64,000 bases of DNA from Lachnospiraceae bacterium. GTDB taxonomy: Bacteria; Bacillota; Clostridia; Lachnospirales; Lachnospiraceae. Positions 1-10,529 of the stretch are shown here, piece by piece. How positions within the stretch are numbered: position 1 is the stretch's first letter; each line of letters starts with the position of its first letter. The DNA lies in contig JAUNNN010000004.1 of the NCBI GenBank assembly GCA_030531435.1, forward strand, positions 10,173-74,172, written 5' to 3'. Position numbers and translations under genes: made by a program. The notes under the pieces are model-generated. The model did no database searches, was not told where the DNA came from, and saw only the letters and a list, made by a program, of their open reading frames with translations.

Positions 1-238
1 CGCGCTTCATTTCTATATCAGAAGCTGAAAAATATGGAACGTCACTAACAGCAAGATTTGTCATATTAAATCTATCTTCTCTAGATGGCATAACAATATC
101 TTTTTTAAAATAAGACATACCACTAGAGATGAATATAACTTCATCTAATGAAAGCTCATTATATGCAGTTTTAGCAAGTGCAATATGTCCATTATGAATA
201 GGATTAAATGTACCGCCTATAATTCCAATTTTTCTCAT
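1..238 (-). CDS. nadD: nicotinate-nucleotide adenylyltransferase NadD, N-terminal ~79 codons (3' end runs off the left window edge)
   Basis: My reverse-complement translation from the ATG at 236-238 gives MRKIGIIGGTFNPIHNGHIALAKTAYNELSLDEVIF..., with the GxFxPxHxGH nucleotidyltransferase motif. It follows obg-yhbY, as in many Firmicutes. It is absent from the ORF track because it is truncated. Confidence 0.85.
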   Translation of the reverse strand, partial: MRKIGIIGGTFNPIHNGHIALAKTAYNELSLDEVIFISSGMSYFKKDIVMPSREDRFNMTNLAVSDVPYFSASDIEMKR

Positions 239-256
239 ATATAAACAATTAATGTA

Positions 257-556
257 TTAGTCTACTGGAAGCTTGATAACTGGTTTATCCTTATGTGGCT
301 TATATAATACAATCTTTTTGCCAATTACATGTACAACTGTTGATTTAGTTCTCTCAGCAACAACCTCAGCTATTGCTCTTGGATCATCTGCACAGTTCTT
401 TAATACACCGATTTTAATAAGCTCTCTTTTATCAATAGCTTCTTTTACAGCACTAACAACTTCTGGTGTAAGACTGCCTTTACCGATATGAATTACTATA
501 TCCTGAGTTGATGCAAGACCTTTTAAGTAAGCTCTCTGTTTACTTGTTAATTTCAT
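257..556 (-). CDS. yhbY: YhbY/CRM-domain RNA-binding protein (ribosome assembly)
   Basis: 99 aa. KQRAYLKGLA...IHIGKGSLT...IKIGVL is typical of the YhbY/CRS1 fold. Located between obg and nadD. Confidence 0.85.
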   Translation of the reverse strand: MKLTSKQRAYLKGLASTQDIVIHIGKGSLTPEVVSAVKEAIDKRELIKIGVLKNCADDPRAIAEVVAERTKSTVVHVIGKKIVLYKPHKDKPVIKLPVD

Positions 557-596
557 AATATCCCTTTCAAATAAATATTGAAAAATTTACATTATA

Positions 597-1931
<1,335 letters not shown>

Positions 1932-1936
1932 CTAGG

Positions 1937-1968
1937 AAAAATAAACCCCCGGAAAGTGAATCCGAGGG
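1937..1968 (-). terminator. intrinsic terminator or attenuator between rpmA and obg
   Basis: Minus strand reads CCCTCGG-(9 nt loop)-CCGGGGG, a 7-bp stem with one G-U pair, followed by TTTATTTTT. Stem arms are at 1946-1952 and 1962-1968. Confidence 0.6.
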
Positions 1969-1976
1969 TTAATAAA

Positions 1977-2261
1977 TTACTGCTCTACAGGATAAACAGA
2001 AGCCTGCTTCTTGTCTCTTCCTTTACGCTCAAATCTTACAACGCCATCAACAAGTGCAAATAATGTGTCATCACCGCCACGACCAACATTGATACCTGGG
2101 TGAATCTTTGTTCCGCGCTGTCTGTAAAGAATATTACCAGCCTTTACGAACTGGCCATCTGCTCTCTTTGCTCCAAGTCTTTTTGATTCAGAGTCACGTC
2201 CGTTCTTTGTAGAACCAACACCCTTCTTATGAGCAAAAAACTGAAGGTCCATTCTTAACAT
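1977..2261 (-). CDS. rpmA: 50S ribosomal protein L27, with cleavable N-terminal extension
   Basis: MLRMDLQFF|[15 protein letters not shown] matches Firmicute L27 with the Prp-cleaved propeptide (..LQFF/A..). Confidence 0.97.
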   Translation of the reverse strand: MLRMDLQFFAHKKGVGSTKNGRDSESKRLGAKRADGQFVKAGNILYRQRGTKIHPGINVGRGGDDTLFALVDGVVRFERKGRDKKQASVYPVEQ

Positions 2262-2263
2262 AG

Positions 2264-2599
2264 CTAATTACCTCCTGAAATTTTCTCTGTTTCTAATTTC
2301 AAATACTTTTTACCGTATGACTTTTGAATTTCGTTAAGTCCTAAAATCATGGCATCCATAAGAAGCTTTGACTTCTCATCTGGTGGCTCTTTAAATATAA
2401 AATTAATCATATTGTCTTCTTGAGTAGCTTCAAAATTGGTATTTGTAAGCTGTTCAATAGCATTTCCTGTATTTATAACGAGTACAGATACACTCGCACA
2501 TACAATATCGCTACCATGTTCAGCATATTCAGCATGTCCTGTTATGGAAAACGCCTTATAATTTGAATTACTATCAAGAATCGCCTTTGCCCTGATCAT
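2264..2599 (-). CDS. prp: ribosomal-processing cysteine protease Prp (YsxB family)
   Basis: 111 aa between rplU and rpm[19 protein letters not shown] carries the His/Cys dyad context typical of Prp. Confidence 0.9.
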   Translation of the reverse strand: MIRAKAILDSNSNYKAFSITGHAEYAEHGSDIVCASVSVLVINTGNAIEQLTNTNFEATQEDNMINFIFKEPPDEKSKLLMDAMILGLNEIQKSYGKKYLKLETEKISGGN

Positions 2600-2613
2600 A
2601 TAAAACCTACAAA

Positions 2614-2919
2614 CTAAGCATTAATTGATTCAATTTTAACTTTCGTGTATGCTTGTCTGTGTCCGTTCTTCTTATGATATCCGCTCTTTCTCTTGTACTT
2701 GTAAACGATGACTTTCTTACCTCTGCCATTCTCTACAACAGTACCCTTAACAGTAGCAGACTTAACGTCAGCACCAACTAAGAGCTTATCACCTGAAACG
2801 GCCAGCACTTCATCAAAAGTAACAGCTTCGCCTTCTTCAGCATTAAGCTTCTCTACTGAGATAACATCACCTTCAGAAACCTTATACTGCTTTCCGCCAG
2901 TTGCAATAATTGCGTACAT
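2614..2919 (-). CDS. rplU: 50S ribosomal protein L21
   Basis: [18 protein letters not shown]...[11 protein letters not shown] is canonical L21. Confidence 0.97.
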   Translation of the reverse strand: MYAIIATGGKQYKVSEGDVISVEKLNAEEGEAVTFDEVLAVSGDKLLVGADVKSATVKGTVVENGRGKKVIVYKYKRKSGYHKKNGHRQAYTKVKIESINA

Positions 2920-3001
2920 AGCTTACCTCCTATAATAATTACTCGCTAGCTTCGGTGTTTCTTTCGAAAACTTATAACCACACTATGCGGCATACTCAAA
3001 T
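2920..3001 (-). promoter_or_regulatory. 5' leader of the rplU-prp-rpmA operon (candidate L21-leader type element)
   Basis: An ~80-nt untranslated leader lies between the predicted promoter and the rplU ATG. It contains palindromes TTTCGAAA and GCTAGC. Firmicutes carry a ribosomal-protein leader at this position. I could not fold it or match a covariance model by eye. Confidence 0.35.
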
Positions 3002-3030
3002 ATAATATCAATAATAAAGCAAATAGTCAA
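3002..3030 (-). promoter_or_regulatory. sigma-A type promoter for rplU operon
   Basis: Minus strand reads TTGACT (3030-3025), a 17-nt spacer, then TATTAT (3007-3002). Confidence 0.6.
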
Positions 3031-3048
3031 CATAAATCTTATATTAAA

Positions 3049-3453
3049 CTACATGTTTTTTTCTATTGTAAGTATGTTCTTTTCATTAACACGTTCATAG
3101 ACCATGCTATCCATACTTTTCTTAACAATAAATATACCTAAACCGCCTATTTCACGTTCATTTGCAGACAATGTTACATCCGGTTCTTCTTTCTCTAATG
3201 GATTATATTTAATCCCTTCATCAATGAATGAAATAACAGCTCTTCTTGGATCTTCCTTTATTGAAATCTGAACGGTTATATCACCACCATTTTCATATGC
3301 ATAAAATGCTACATTTGAAAATATTTCATCAACTGCAATATCAATATGCACCTGAACCTTCATAGGGCAATCATTTTCTTCTAAAAATTCATTTATAAAT
3401 GAGGAGACCTTTTCAACATTTTCTCTAATTGCAGGTACAGTTATTTCCATCAT
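3049..3453 (-). CDS. RsbW/SpoIIAB-like anti-sigma-type serine kinase (HATPase_c_2)
   Basis: 134 aa. N-box DEIFSNV, G1 is IDEGIKYNP, G2 is GGLGIFIV. Overlaps the upstream PP2C gene by 4 nt. Confidence 0.8.
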   Translation of the reverse strand: MMEITVPAIRENVEKVSSFINEFLEENDCPMKVQVHIDIAVDEIFSNVAFYAYENGGDITVQISIKEDPRRAVISFIDEGIKYNPLEKEEPDVTLSANEREIGGLGIFIVKKSMDSMVYERVNEKNILTIEKNM

Positions 3454-5045
3454 GCTAAAGTACCTCCATAATAATCAAGACAAAGCATCGTTATATCGTC
3501 AAACTGTGGAGTGTCACCAACAAATTCATCAATTGATTCATGCACACTTGATACCATTTTCTTACAATCACCGTCTATATTTTCATTTAGTGCATCTACA
3601 ATCCTGTCAATTCCAAATAATTCATTATTGGCATTTGTGGCTTCTGTAACACCATCTGTATATACAAATAATGAATCTCCCTTATTAAGCTTTATTTCAT
3701 AATCCGTATATTTAATGTTTTCCATGCCTGCAAGAACAAATCCGTGTTTATCCTTCAAAAGCTCATATTTGCCTTCACGCTTAACAATAGGATATTCATG
3801 TCCTGCATTTGCAGCAGTAATAATTCCTGTATTTATATCAAGAATTCCAAGCCATACCGTTACAAACATTTCTACCTTATTATTTTCACAAAGCTGGTTA
3901 TTTACCTTGCTTAGTACTTCTGCTGGAGATAACACGCCCATCCGAACTCTGTTTTTAATTATTATTTTAGATATAGCCATGAATAATGCTGCAGGAATGC
4001 CCTTGCCTGACACATCGGCCATAACAATGCCTACCTTATTATCATCAATCATGAAGAAATCATAGAAGTCCCCACCGACCTCCTTTGCAGGTGTCATAGA
4101 TGCAAATATATCAAACTCTTTACGTTCAGGAAATGGTGGAAAATCACTTGGAAGCATATTCTCCTGAATCTTTGTTGCTACATTAAGTTCGGCACCAATT
4201 CTTTCCTTCTCTGCAGTAATATTTGTAATTTCATCAATATAGTTAATTACAGATTTTTCCATTGAGATTATAGAATTAGAAAGTACCTGTAATTCATCAT
4301 TTGTCTTTATTTCTTTTAAATTATTAGTTACTTCTTTATTATTTTTATAAAAATCCTTAAGACTTGAATCAATAATATTAATAGGAATAATAACTGTACT
4401 ATTAATATATGCGTAACATAAATAGCACAAAACCGTCATTAGTATAAACGAAATAAGAATAGTTTTAATAATAAATTTATGTAGCGTAGAGCGAATCAGT
4501 TCCATTGCAACATCTACAAATAGTAATGCTACCGTTTCACCATCATTATTATATATTGGAATAATTGAGGATGTTAAAGAACCATATTTTTCACTTTTTC
4601 TTACGAAATAATGAGAACGATTTTGCACACCTGTATTATAGATTTCCATTATTCCATCAACATACTTTGATATTGGTTCAGTATCTCCGATGTTCATACC
4701 CGATGAATCATATACATATCGCATTGTACCATCTGAATTTGGAACAATAATATATATATATTTTGCATTTGATGATTCAACCGTATCATCAAGGTACGTC
4801 TTTAATACATTATAATATTCATCTTCTTTCCATGTTTTTGTATATTGTTCAACCTTCTCATGGTCAATATTATTTAAAATAAGATCACCAGTAACATAAC
4901 CGTTTTCGTTATACAACTTTTCAATTGTGTTCTTATACTGATAATATCCAACAAAGCATGTTGTTGTACAAATAAGAAGGCTTAGAATAACTATAGAAAG
5001 AATCGTTTTTTTACTTAATCCAAATTTGATTTTTTTATTATCCAA
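3450..5045 (-). CDS. membrane sensor PP2C (SpoIIE/RsbU-type) serine phosphatase with extracytoplasmic Cache-like domain
   Basis: TM1 (ILSIVILSLLICTTTCFVGYY), a ~150-aa extracellular region (YIYIIVPNSDGTMRYVYDS..), then TM2. C-terminal PP2C motifs are EVGGDFYDFF, MADVSGKGIPAALFMA and DDITML. The start codon is TTG, preceded by a GGAA-type RBS. Confidence 0.85.
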   Translation of the reverse strand: MDNKKIKFGLSKKTILSIVILSLLICTTTCFVGYYQYKNTIEKLYNENGYVTGDLILNNIDHEKVEQYTKTWKEDEYYNVLKTYLDDTVESSNAKYIYIIVPNSDGTMRYVYDSSGMNIGDTEPISKYVDGIMEIYNTGVQNRSHYFVRKSEKYGSLTSSIIPIYNNDGETVALLFVDVAMELIRSTLHKFIIKTILISFILMTVLCYLCYAYINSTVIIPINIIDSSLKDFYKNNKEVTNNLKEIKTNDELQVLSNSIISMEKSVINYIDEITNITAEKERIGAELNVATKIQENMLPSDFPPFPERKEFDIFASMTPAKEVGGDFYDFFMIDDNKVGIVMADVSGKGIPAALFMAISKIIIKNRVRMGVLSPAEVLSKVNNQLCENNKVEMFVTVWLGILDINTGIITAANAGHEYPIVKREGKYELLKDKHGFVLAGMENIKYTDYEIKLNKGDSLFVYTDGVTEATNANNELFGIDRIVDALNENIDGDCKKMVSSVHESIDEFVGDTPQFDDITMLCLDYYGGTLA

Positions 5046-5122
5046 AGTTATTTCCTTTTATATTAATTTTGAATCGTTTATTTATAACATCTATTTCATT
5101 ATAGCTTTATAGTCTGTACTAT

Positions 5123-6043
5123 TTAAATTATATTTAAAAGCTTCTCAAAATACTCTGGGAGTGGCGCATTTACTTCTACATATTCACCAGTTGTTGGCTG
5201 AATAAAGCCTAAAGTTTTAGCATGAAGTGTTTGACCCTTTAGCTTAAATGGACATTTTAAAGTACAATATACTTCATCACCTAAAACTGGATGATTAATT
5301 GCGCTCATATGAACTCTTATCTGGTGAGTTCTGCCTGTTTCAAGCTTTAACTCTACAAATGTATATTTATCAAATCGTTTTAGGACTTTATAATGAGTTA
5401 CTGCTGGCTTTGAGATTTTGGCGTTAACTGCCATCTTCTTTCTGTCTTTATCAGATCTTCCAATTGGCATGTTTATAACGCCTTCATCATCCTTTAAAAC
5501 GCCATGAACTATTGCAACATATATTCTGTTAATTGAATGCTCTTTAAGCTGAGTAGCAAGCTTCTCATGGGCAGAATCATTCTTGCAAATAATAAGTGAG
5601 CCTGTTGTGTCTTTATCTATTCTATGGACAATTCCAGGCCTTAATACGCCATTAATTCCTGATAAATCGTATGTATCACCTTTTTTTAGATAATACATAA
5701 GACCATTAACTAAAGTACCACTATAATGTCCAGCCGCAGGATGCACTACCATATCCTTTGGCTTATTTATTACAATAACATCTGAATCCTCGTATAAAAC
5801 ATCTAGTGGAATATTTTCTGGAATAATATCTGGAATAATTGCATCAGGAGTAGTAAAGGTGACTTTATCACCTTCTTTTACTGTATAGCTTCCCTTTACA
5901 TTTTTCCTATTAACAAAAACAAGCTTATCACTGATAAGCTTTTGAATGTAGGAGCGTGAAAATTCCTCATAATTATCCGCAATTACTTTATCTATTCTGC
6001 TTGATGAATCCTCATCTGAAATAATAAATTCGAAATCTTTCAT
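5123..6043 (-). CDS. rluD: 23S rRNA pseudouridine synthase, RluD subfamily
   Basis: N-terminal S4 domain (SRIDKVIAD) and catalytic HRIDKDTTG. lspA-rluD synteny. Confidence 0.9.
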   Translation of the reverse strand: MKDFEFIISDEDSSSRIDKVIADNYEEFSRSYIQKLISDKLVFVNRKNVKGSYTVKEGDKVTFTTPDAIIPDIIPENIPLDVLYEDSDVIVINKPKDMVVHPAAGHYSGTLVNGLMYYLKKGDTYDLSGINGVLRPGIVHRIDKDTTGSLIICKNDSAHEKLATQLKEHSINRIYVAIVHGVLKDDEGVINMPIGRSDKDRKKMAVNAKISKPAVTHYKVLKRFDKYTFVELKLETGRTHQIRVHMSAINHPVLGDEVYCTLKCPFKLKGQTLHAKTLGFIQPTTGEYVEVNAPLPEYFEKLLNII

Positions 6044-6586
6044 TTATTTCTTTTTAATCTTAAAAGTTGCCTTAACAGAGTCTTCTATTGTTTTTATATC
6101 TTCCTCTTTATAACAGAATAAAAAGGTTATAACAAATAGCGTAGTTGCTACTGAAACGTACATATCAGCTACATTAAAATATGGGAAATTAATGATGTAA
6201 AAACTAATAAAATCAGTAACTGTACCATAAACAGCTCTGTCTATCATATTTCCTACACCACCGCTTATTATGCAGGTCATAAAGATAATAACTGGAGTAT
6301 ACTTTTTATCAAATGGAATGTTATAAATAACAACCAGCATAAAAATGCATACTAAAACAGCTAATACAATAAATAACATCTGATGACCAGACATCATTCC
6401 CCATGCTGCACCTTTATTTCCGCCTGGAAGAAGTTCTAATCTTAATGCACCAGGTATAATCTCTACCTGATTATCAGGAAGTGTATTTTCAGCCCAAATT
6501 TTAGCTAATCTATCAACTATAACAAGTACTACTACTGAAAGTAATACAATAAATAATCTTTTAATCTTTTTATCCATTAGTCCCAT
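6044..6586 (-). CDS. lspA: lipoprotein signal peptidase II
   Basis: Four TM segments with GNMIDR and FNVADM catalytic Asp motifs. Confidence 0.9.
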   Translation of the reverse strand: MGLMDKKIKRLFIVLLSVVVLVIVDRLAKIWAENTLPDNQVEIIPGALRLELLPGGNKGAAWGMMSGHQMLFIVLAVLVCIFMLVVIYNIPFDKKYTPVIIFMTCIISGGVGNMIDRAVYGTVTDFISFYIINFPYFNVADMYVSVATTLFVITFLFCYKEEDIKTIEDSVKATFKIKKK

Positions 6587-7683
6587 TCAACTACAAGCGA
6601 ATCAACCGCTTCTTTTATTTCCTTATCTGTAACATCTTTTACAATTACAGCCTTACCAATTTTCTTTAAGAGAATAAACTTAATAAGTCCATTTTCTGCC
6701 TTCTTATCTGACTTTGTTAATTTAACAATTTCATCTGAATCAATTTCATCTAAAGAAATAGGCAAATTGAATGGAACAAACATATCTCTTATTTCATAGA
6801 AATCTTCCATTGAAATCATTTCTCTCTTCCATGAAATAAAGGCTGCAACAATAGTACCAAGTGCTACACATTCACCATGTGACATTTTAAAATTCATGTA
6901 TTTTTCAATAGCATGGCCAGCTGTATGTCCTAAGTTAAGGAGAGCTCTGTCTCCAAGCTCATATGGATCTTTTTCAACAACAATTCTCTTAATATTAACA
7001 GCTCTTTCAATCATTTCAGAAATAGCTTCTGTTTCCTTTTCATTTATCTCAAGGAAGTTATTAATTGTCCACTCATAGAATGCACCATCTTTTAATAAAC
7101 CAGCCTTTAAAACTTCAGCCATACCTGATGCAAACTGATCATCAGGAAGTGAATTTAAAACTGATGTGTTAATGTATACAAGCTCAGGCATTTTAAATGC
7201 GCCTACCATGTTCTTATACTGTTTAAAGTCAACGCCAGTCTTTCCACCAATACTTGAATCAACCTGTGAAAGCAAAGTAGTTGGAATCTGAATAAAGCTT
7301 ATTCCACGCATATATGTAGCTGCAGTAAAACCAGTTAAATCGCCAACAACACCACCACCAAGGGCAATAAGAATGTCTTTTCTGTTGAAATGATTTAATG
7401 TGAGGCCTTCATAAGCGCCTTCTACAACATCAAGATTCTTTGATTCTTCACCTGCTTCAAATACATACTCATGTATTTCAATAAATGAATCCTTAAGTAC
7501 TTCCTTAACTTCTTCTAAGTAAAGCTTTGATACATTTGTATCAGTAATAATACATGCCTTTACCTTTGTATCAGGAAATAATTCGTCAATTTTATCCTTT
7601 AAGTCTGAAAAATTGTCATTAATAAAAATGTTGTATGGTTTATTTCTATCTGTCTTAAATGCTACATTAATTTCTTTAATCAT
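6577..7683 (-). CDS. aroB: 3-dehydroquinate synthase
   Basis: GGGVVGDLTGFTAATYMRGI, GGKTGVD, and the HGECVALG metal site. I prefer the ATG at 7683 (MIKEIN.., preceded by GGAGAG) because the longer ORF start at 7719 lies inside the sepF terminator hairpin. Confidence 0.9.
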   Translation of the reverse strand: MIKEINVAFKTDRNKPYNIFINDNFSDLKDKIDELFPDTKVKACIITDTNVSKLYLEEVKEVLKDSFIEIHEYVFEAGEESKNLDVVEGAYEGLTLNHFNRKDILIALGGGVVGDLTGFTAATYMRGISFIQIPTTLLSQVDSSIGGKTGVDFKQYKNMVGAFKMPELVYINTSVLNSLPDDQFASGMAEVLKAGLLKDGAFYEWTINNFLEINEKETEAISEMIERAVNIKRIVVEKDPYELGDRALLNLGHTAGHAIEKYMNFKMSHGECVALGTIVAAFISWKREMISMEDFYEIRDMFVPFNLPISLDEIDSDEIVKLTKSDKKAENGLIKFILLKKIGKAVIVKDVTDKEIKEAVDSLVVEWD

Positions 7684-7696
7684 TTTATCTCTCCGA

Positions 7697-7730
7697 TTAA
7701 AAGAAAGCCTCCCAATCATGGAAGGCTTTT
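7697..7730 (-). terminator. intrinsic terminator after sepF
   Basis: Minus strand reads AAAGCCT-(12 nt)-AGGCTTT followed by CTTTT. Stem arms are at 7704-7710 and 7723-7729. Confidence 0.5.
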
Positions 7731-7733
7731 ACT

Positions 7734-8252
7734 TTAAAATTTGTTTCTTAATGCAGGTACATCAAATGTTCCTGAAAGAATTTCCTGGAAATCACCAGAA
7801 ATCTCTACACTTCTTGGTGTAACAATGAAGATATAATGCGATATCTTCTGGAGATTACCACCCATTGCAAATGTTGAACCTGATGTGAAATCAATGATTC
7901 TCTGAGCAATGTCCATGTCGAGTCCTTCCATGTTAAGAACTACTGTTCTGTTATCAAGAAGTGTCTCTGTAATCTCTCTGGCATCTTCAACAGTTGTTGG
8001 TTTAATTACACAAACCTCCATACCATTTGCCATTGTTCTATTGCTTCCTTTTCTATTTCCAGAAAACGCTGATGGTGTAGTCTTTGGTTTCTTAGGCTCA
8101 TCATCATAATCGTCATCCATAGTTGCAGTTTTGATTGACTTTCTGTGACCACGAGGTGCTTCATCTACTTCTTCATCATCATAGTATTCTTCATCATCAT
8201 CGTAATCGTCATCATACTTCATGGAGTTTAGAATCTTATCCACTAATCCCAT
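7734..8252 (-). CDS. sepF: cell division protein SepF
   Basis: N-terminal amphipathic MGLVDKILNSM, an acidic D/E/Y linker, and the conserved C-terminal domain (VVLNMEGLD..AQRIIDF.SG...A.GG..QKI). ylmE-sepF synteny. Confidence 0.9.
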   Translation of the reverse strand: MGLVDKILNSMKYDDDYDDDEEYYDDEEVDEAPRGHRKSIKTATMDDDYDDEPKKPKTTPSAFSGNRKGSNRTMANGMEVCVIKPTTVEDAREITETLLDNRTVVLNMEGLDMDIAQRIIDFTSGSTFAMGGNLQKISHYIFIVTPRSVEISGDFQEILSGTFDVPALRNKF

Positions 8253-8269
8253 TGCTATTCTCCTAAAAT

Positions 8270-8965
8270 CTAAATATTATACTCTCTCTCCCCGAAGATT
8301 TTAGTACCTACACGTACATGCGTAGCCCCTTCCTCTACTGCTACTGAATAATCTCCAGACATACCCATAGACATAAAATCCATAGATACATTATCAATGT
8401 TTTTTTCTTTTATGTCAATAAATAATTGCCTTATTTTGCAAAATATAAGTCTATTTTCCTCTGCATCCTCTACATATGGGGCAACTGTCATAAGACCTCT
8501 TACCTTAATTCCAGGTAATTTTGCTATTTCTTCAATAAGAGGAAGTGTATCATCCTTACTTACACCAAACTTTGATTCTTCTTCTGCCATATTAACTTCA
8601 ATAAGCACGTTAGATACTACATTTTTCTTTACGGCCTCTTTACTTATTTCCTTAGCAAGCTTTATAGAATCAACACTGTGAATTAAATATGCTTTATCAA
8701 CAATATACTTAACTTTATTTGTCTGAAGATGGCCAATCATATGCCAGTGAATATCTTTTGGAAGCTTTTCATATTTATCAGTTAATTCCTGAACCTTATT
8801 TTCTCCAAACTCTCTGATTCCCGCCTCATAAGCCTCTTCAAGCATCTCTATTGGTTTAGTCTTTGAAACTGCTATAAGAGTAATATCTTCTTTATTTCTT
8901 GAAGCCTTTTTGGCTGACTCTTCTATAGTTTTGTATGTGTCAATTAAGTTTTCTTTAATACTCAT
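8270..8965 (-). CDS. ylmE: YggS/YlmE family pyridoxal-phosphate homeostasis protein
   Basis: LIAVSKTKP (PLP lysine), HMIGHLQTNKVKY, LSMGMSGD. Confidence 0.9.
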   Translation of the reverse strand: MSIKENLIDTYKTIEESAKKASRNKEDITLIAVSKTKPIEMLEEAYEAGIREFGENKVQELTDKYEKLPKDIHWHMIGHLQTNKVKYIVDKAYLIHSVDSIKLAKEISKEAVKKNVVSNVLIEVNMAEEESKFGVSKDDTLPLIEEIAKLPGIKVRGLMTVAPYVEDAEENRLIFCKIRQLFIDIKEKNIDNVSMDFMSMGMSGDYSVAVEEGATHVRVGTKIFGEREYNI

Positions 8966-8976
8966 TTTTATTCTTT

Positions 8977-10467
8977 CTATTCATAAATAAAATCTGCATC
9001 TGCTACGGAATCACCCTTTAATACAATATGGTCATATACATTAAGACCAAATTCTGTATTTGATTTAACAATGGCATACTCTTCGTTTTGATTTAAAATT
9101 GTGATTTCCTTAAAATCTGCATATCCTTTGTTGATATTAAATACGCCAATAAGTGTATCCTGTTTACTAATAGTATATTGATTGCCCGTTTCTGGTTCAA
9201 TTACCTTATCTCCAACATTAAAGAGACCTTCATCAATATAATAATAGCCATCAACAAGGCTGTATGCATCAGCGTCTATAAATTCTGTAGATTTAGTACC
9301 ATCCTCTAGATAACACTCTCTTACAAATCCAGGATTACCCTGGGCGCCACCTTCTGTATAATAGCTTTCTGGCACAAGATAGAATGCTCTTTCTACTATT
9401 GCTGAATTTGGAATTTTTAATCCTTCCTGGGTATTTAGTAAAAGCTCTATTTCAATAAATCTGTCTGTTGCAAAAGTAATCATGGAATTGTTGAAATCAA
9501 GCTGTAAATATACAGCACCATTCTGTCTTAGAATTGTTGTTTTACCCCATGATTTATAGTTATTTTTTAAGAATCTGACTTCTACATAAGATTCATCTGC
9601 CAGCTCTTCAGCTCTATCTTCATCAATTTCAATAACAATAGACCAGTTTTCCTCTGTTATAAGCTTAAATGCATTATCGCCTTCACCTATAAGGTCATCT
9701 GAATGAAACTGTGATCTAACATAACTATCTCTATCCATAAGTTCAGGTGTTAAGTCAGTTGGGCTTAGCTCTTCATATCCATCAATAGAATATACAAGAA
9801 CACCTGCAGTTGGTGCATATCCAAAGCTTACAGCATCTGAATAATTTGCTGAATTAATAATATCAATACCTGATAAAACCTTATAGTTTTCAAGTTTTAG
9901 AACAGTACCTTCAACATCATATTTAAAATCGTAGGTATGAGCAAAATCTCTTGGATTAAAATCATTAGCAAAGGTAGAAATAGTGTTCTTTATTTCAAGT
10001 AAATCATCATCTGATAAAGAATTATCATCTGTTGATGTTTCAGTAATCATATCGTTAAGCTTACCTGTTGAATCAATTGTATAAATCATTGATCCATTGG
10101 ATACCTTCTCGCCTTCTCTTGCATAATAGTTAATATATCCTGCATATGCAGCTGGTACAGGGACTTCTTTTCTAAGCGCAACACCATTGTATGTATTATT
10201 AACTGCTAAAGAACCTGTAGTAACCTCATATGGAGTAATATGCTCATTTCTAAAGTACGAAACAACAATACCCACAAGATAAATAAAAAGCACAACAAAA
10301 ACAACCAGTCCAAGATTTATATTGACTGGTGTCCTATACTTTACAACATTAGAATTTTGTTCTTCTTCATCCCTTTGCTGATTTCTTACAGCATTTTTAG
10401 AAGTTCTTCTGTTAGTATTTTTATTATTTTCTTTTCTGTGGTGTTTTTTCTTTCTCTTTTTTTCCAT
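8977..10467 (-). CDS. membrane-anchored protein with HlyD/membrane-fusion-like barrel-sandwich region; function unknown
   Basis: Highly basic N-terminus (KKRKKKHHRK..), then one TM (LGLVVFVVLFIYLVGIVVSYF), then a lipoyl-like hairpin pattern (GVALRKE..V.A..AGYINYYAREGEKVSNGSMIYTID). No cognate transporter gene is adjacent. Confidence 0.45.
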   Translation of the reverse strand: MEKKRKKKHHRKENNKNTNRRTSKNAVRNQQRDEEEQNSNVVKYRTPVNINLGLVVFVVLFIYLVGIVVSYFRNEHITPYEVTTGSLAVNNTYNGVALRKEVPVPAAYAGYINYYAREGEKVSNGSMIYTIDSTGKLNDMITETSTDDNSLSDDDLLEIKNTISTFANDFNPRDFAHTYDFKYDVEGTVLKLENYKVLSGIDIINSANYSDAVSFGYAPTAGVLVYSIDGYEELSPTDLTPELMDRDSYVRSQFHSDDLIGEGDNAFKLITEENWSIVIEIDEDRAEELADESYVEVRFLKNNYKSWGKTTILRQNGAVYLQLDFNNSMITFATDRFIEIELLLNTQEGLKIPNSAIVERAFYLVPESYYTEGGAQGNPGFVRECYLEDGTKSTEFIDADAYSLVDGYYYIDEGLFNVGDKVIEPETGNQYTISKQDTLIGVFNINKGYADFKEITILNQNEEYAIVKSNTEFGLNVYDHIVLKGDSVADADFIYE

Positions 10468-10475
10468 AAAACATT

Positions 10476-10505
10476 GAAAAAGCCCCGTTTTGTCACGAGG
10501 CTTTT
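10476..10505 (-). terminator. intrinsic terminator after the small P-loop gene
   Basis: Minus strand reads GCCTCG-(8 nt)-CGGGGC followed by TTTTTC. Stem arms are at 10482-10487 and 10496-10501. Confidence 0.7.
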
Positions 10506-10529
10506 AAATAATTTGCCGTATATTATTTA

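Noticed and set aside
1977-2599. L27 carries an N-terminal extension and a small ORF is inserted between rplU and rpmA.
   Set aside because: This is the well-known Prp protease / L27 propeptide system of Firmicutes. It is recorded as features, not as a novelty.
8110-8230. A repetitive GAT/GAA-rich stretch (the DDDYDDDEEYYDDEE coding region) could be a tandem repeat.
   Set aside because: It is the acidic low-complexity linker of SepF, in frame within an intact gene. It is not a DNA repeat element.
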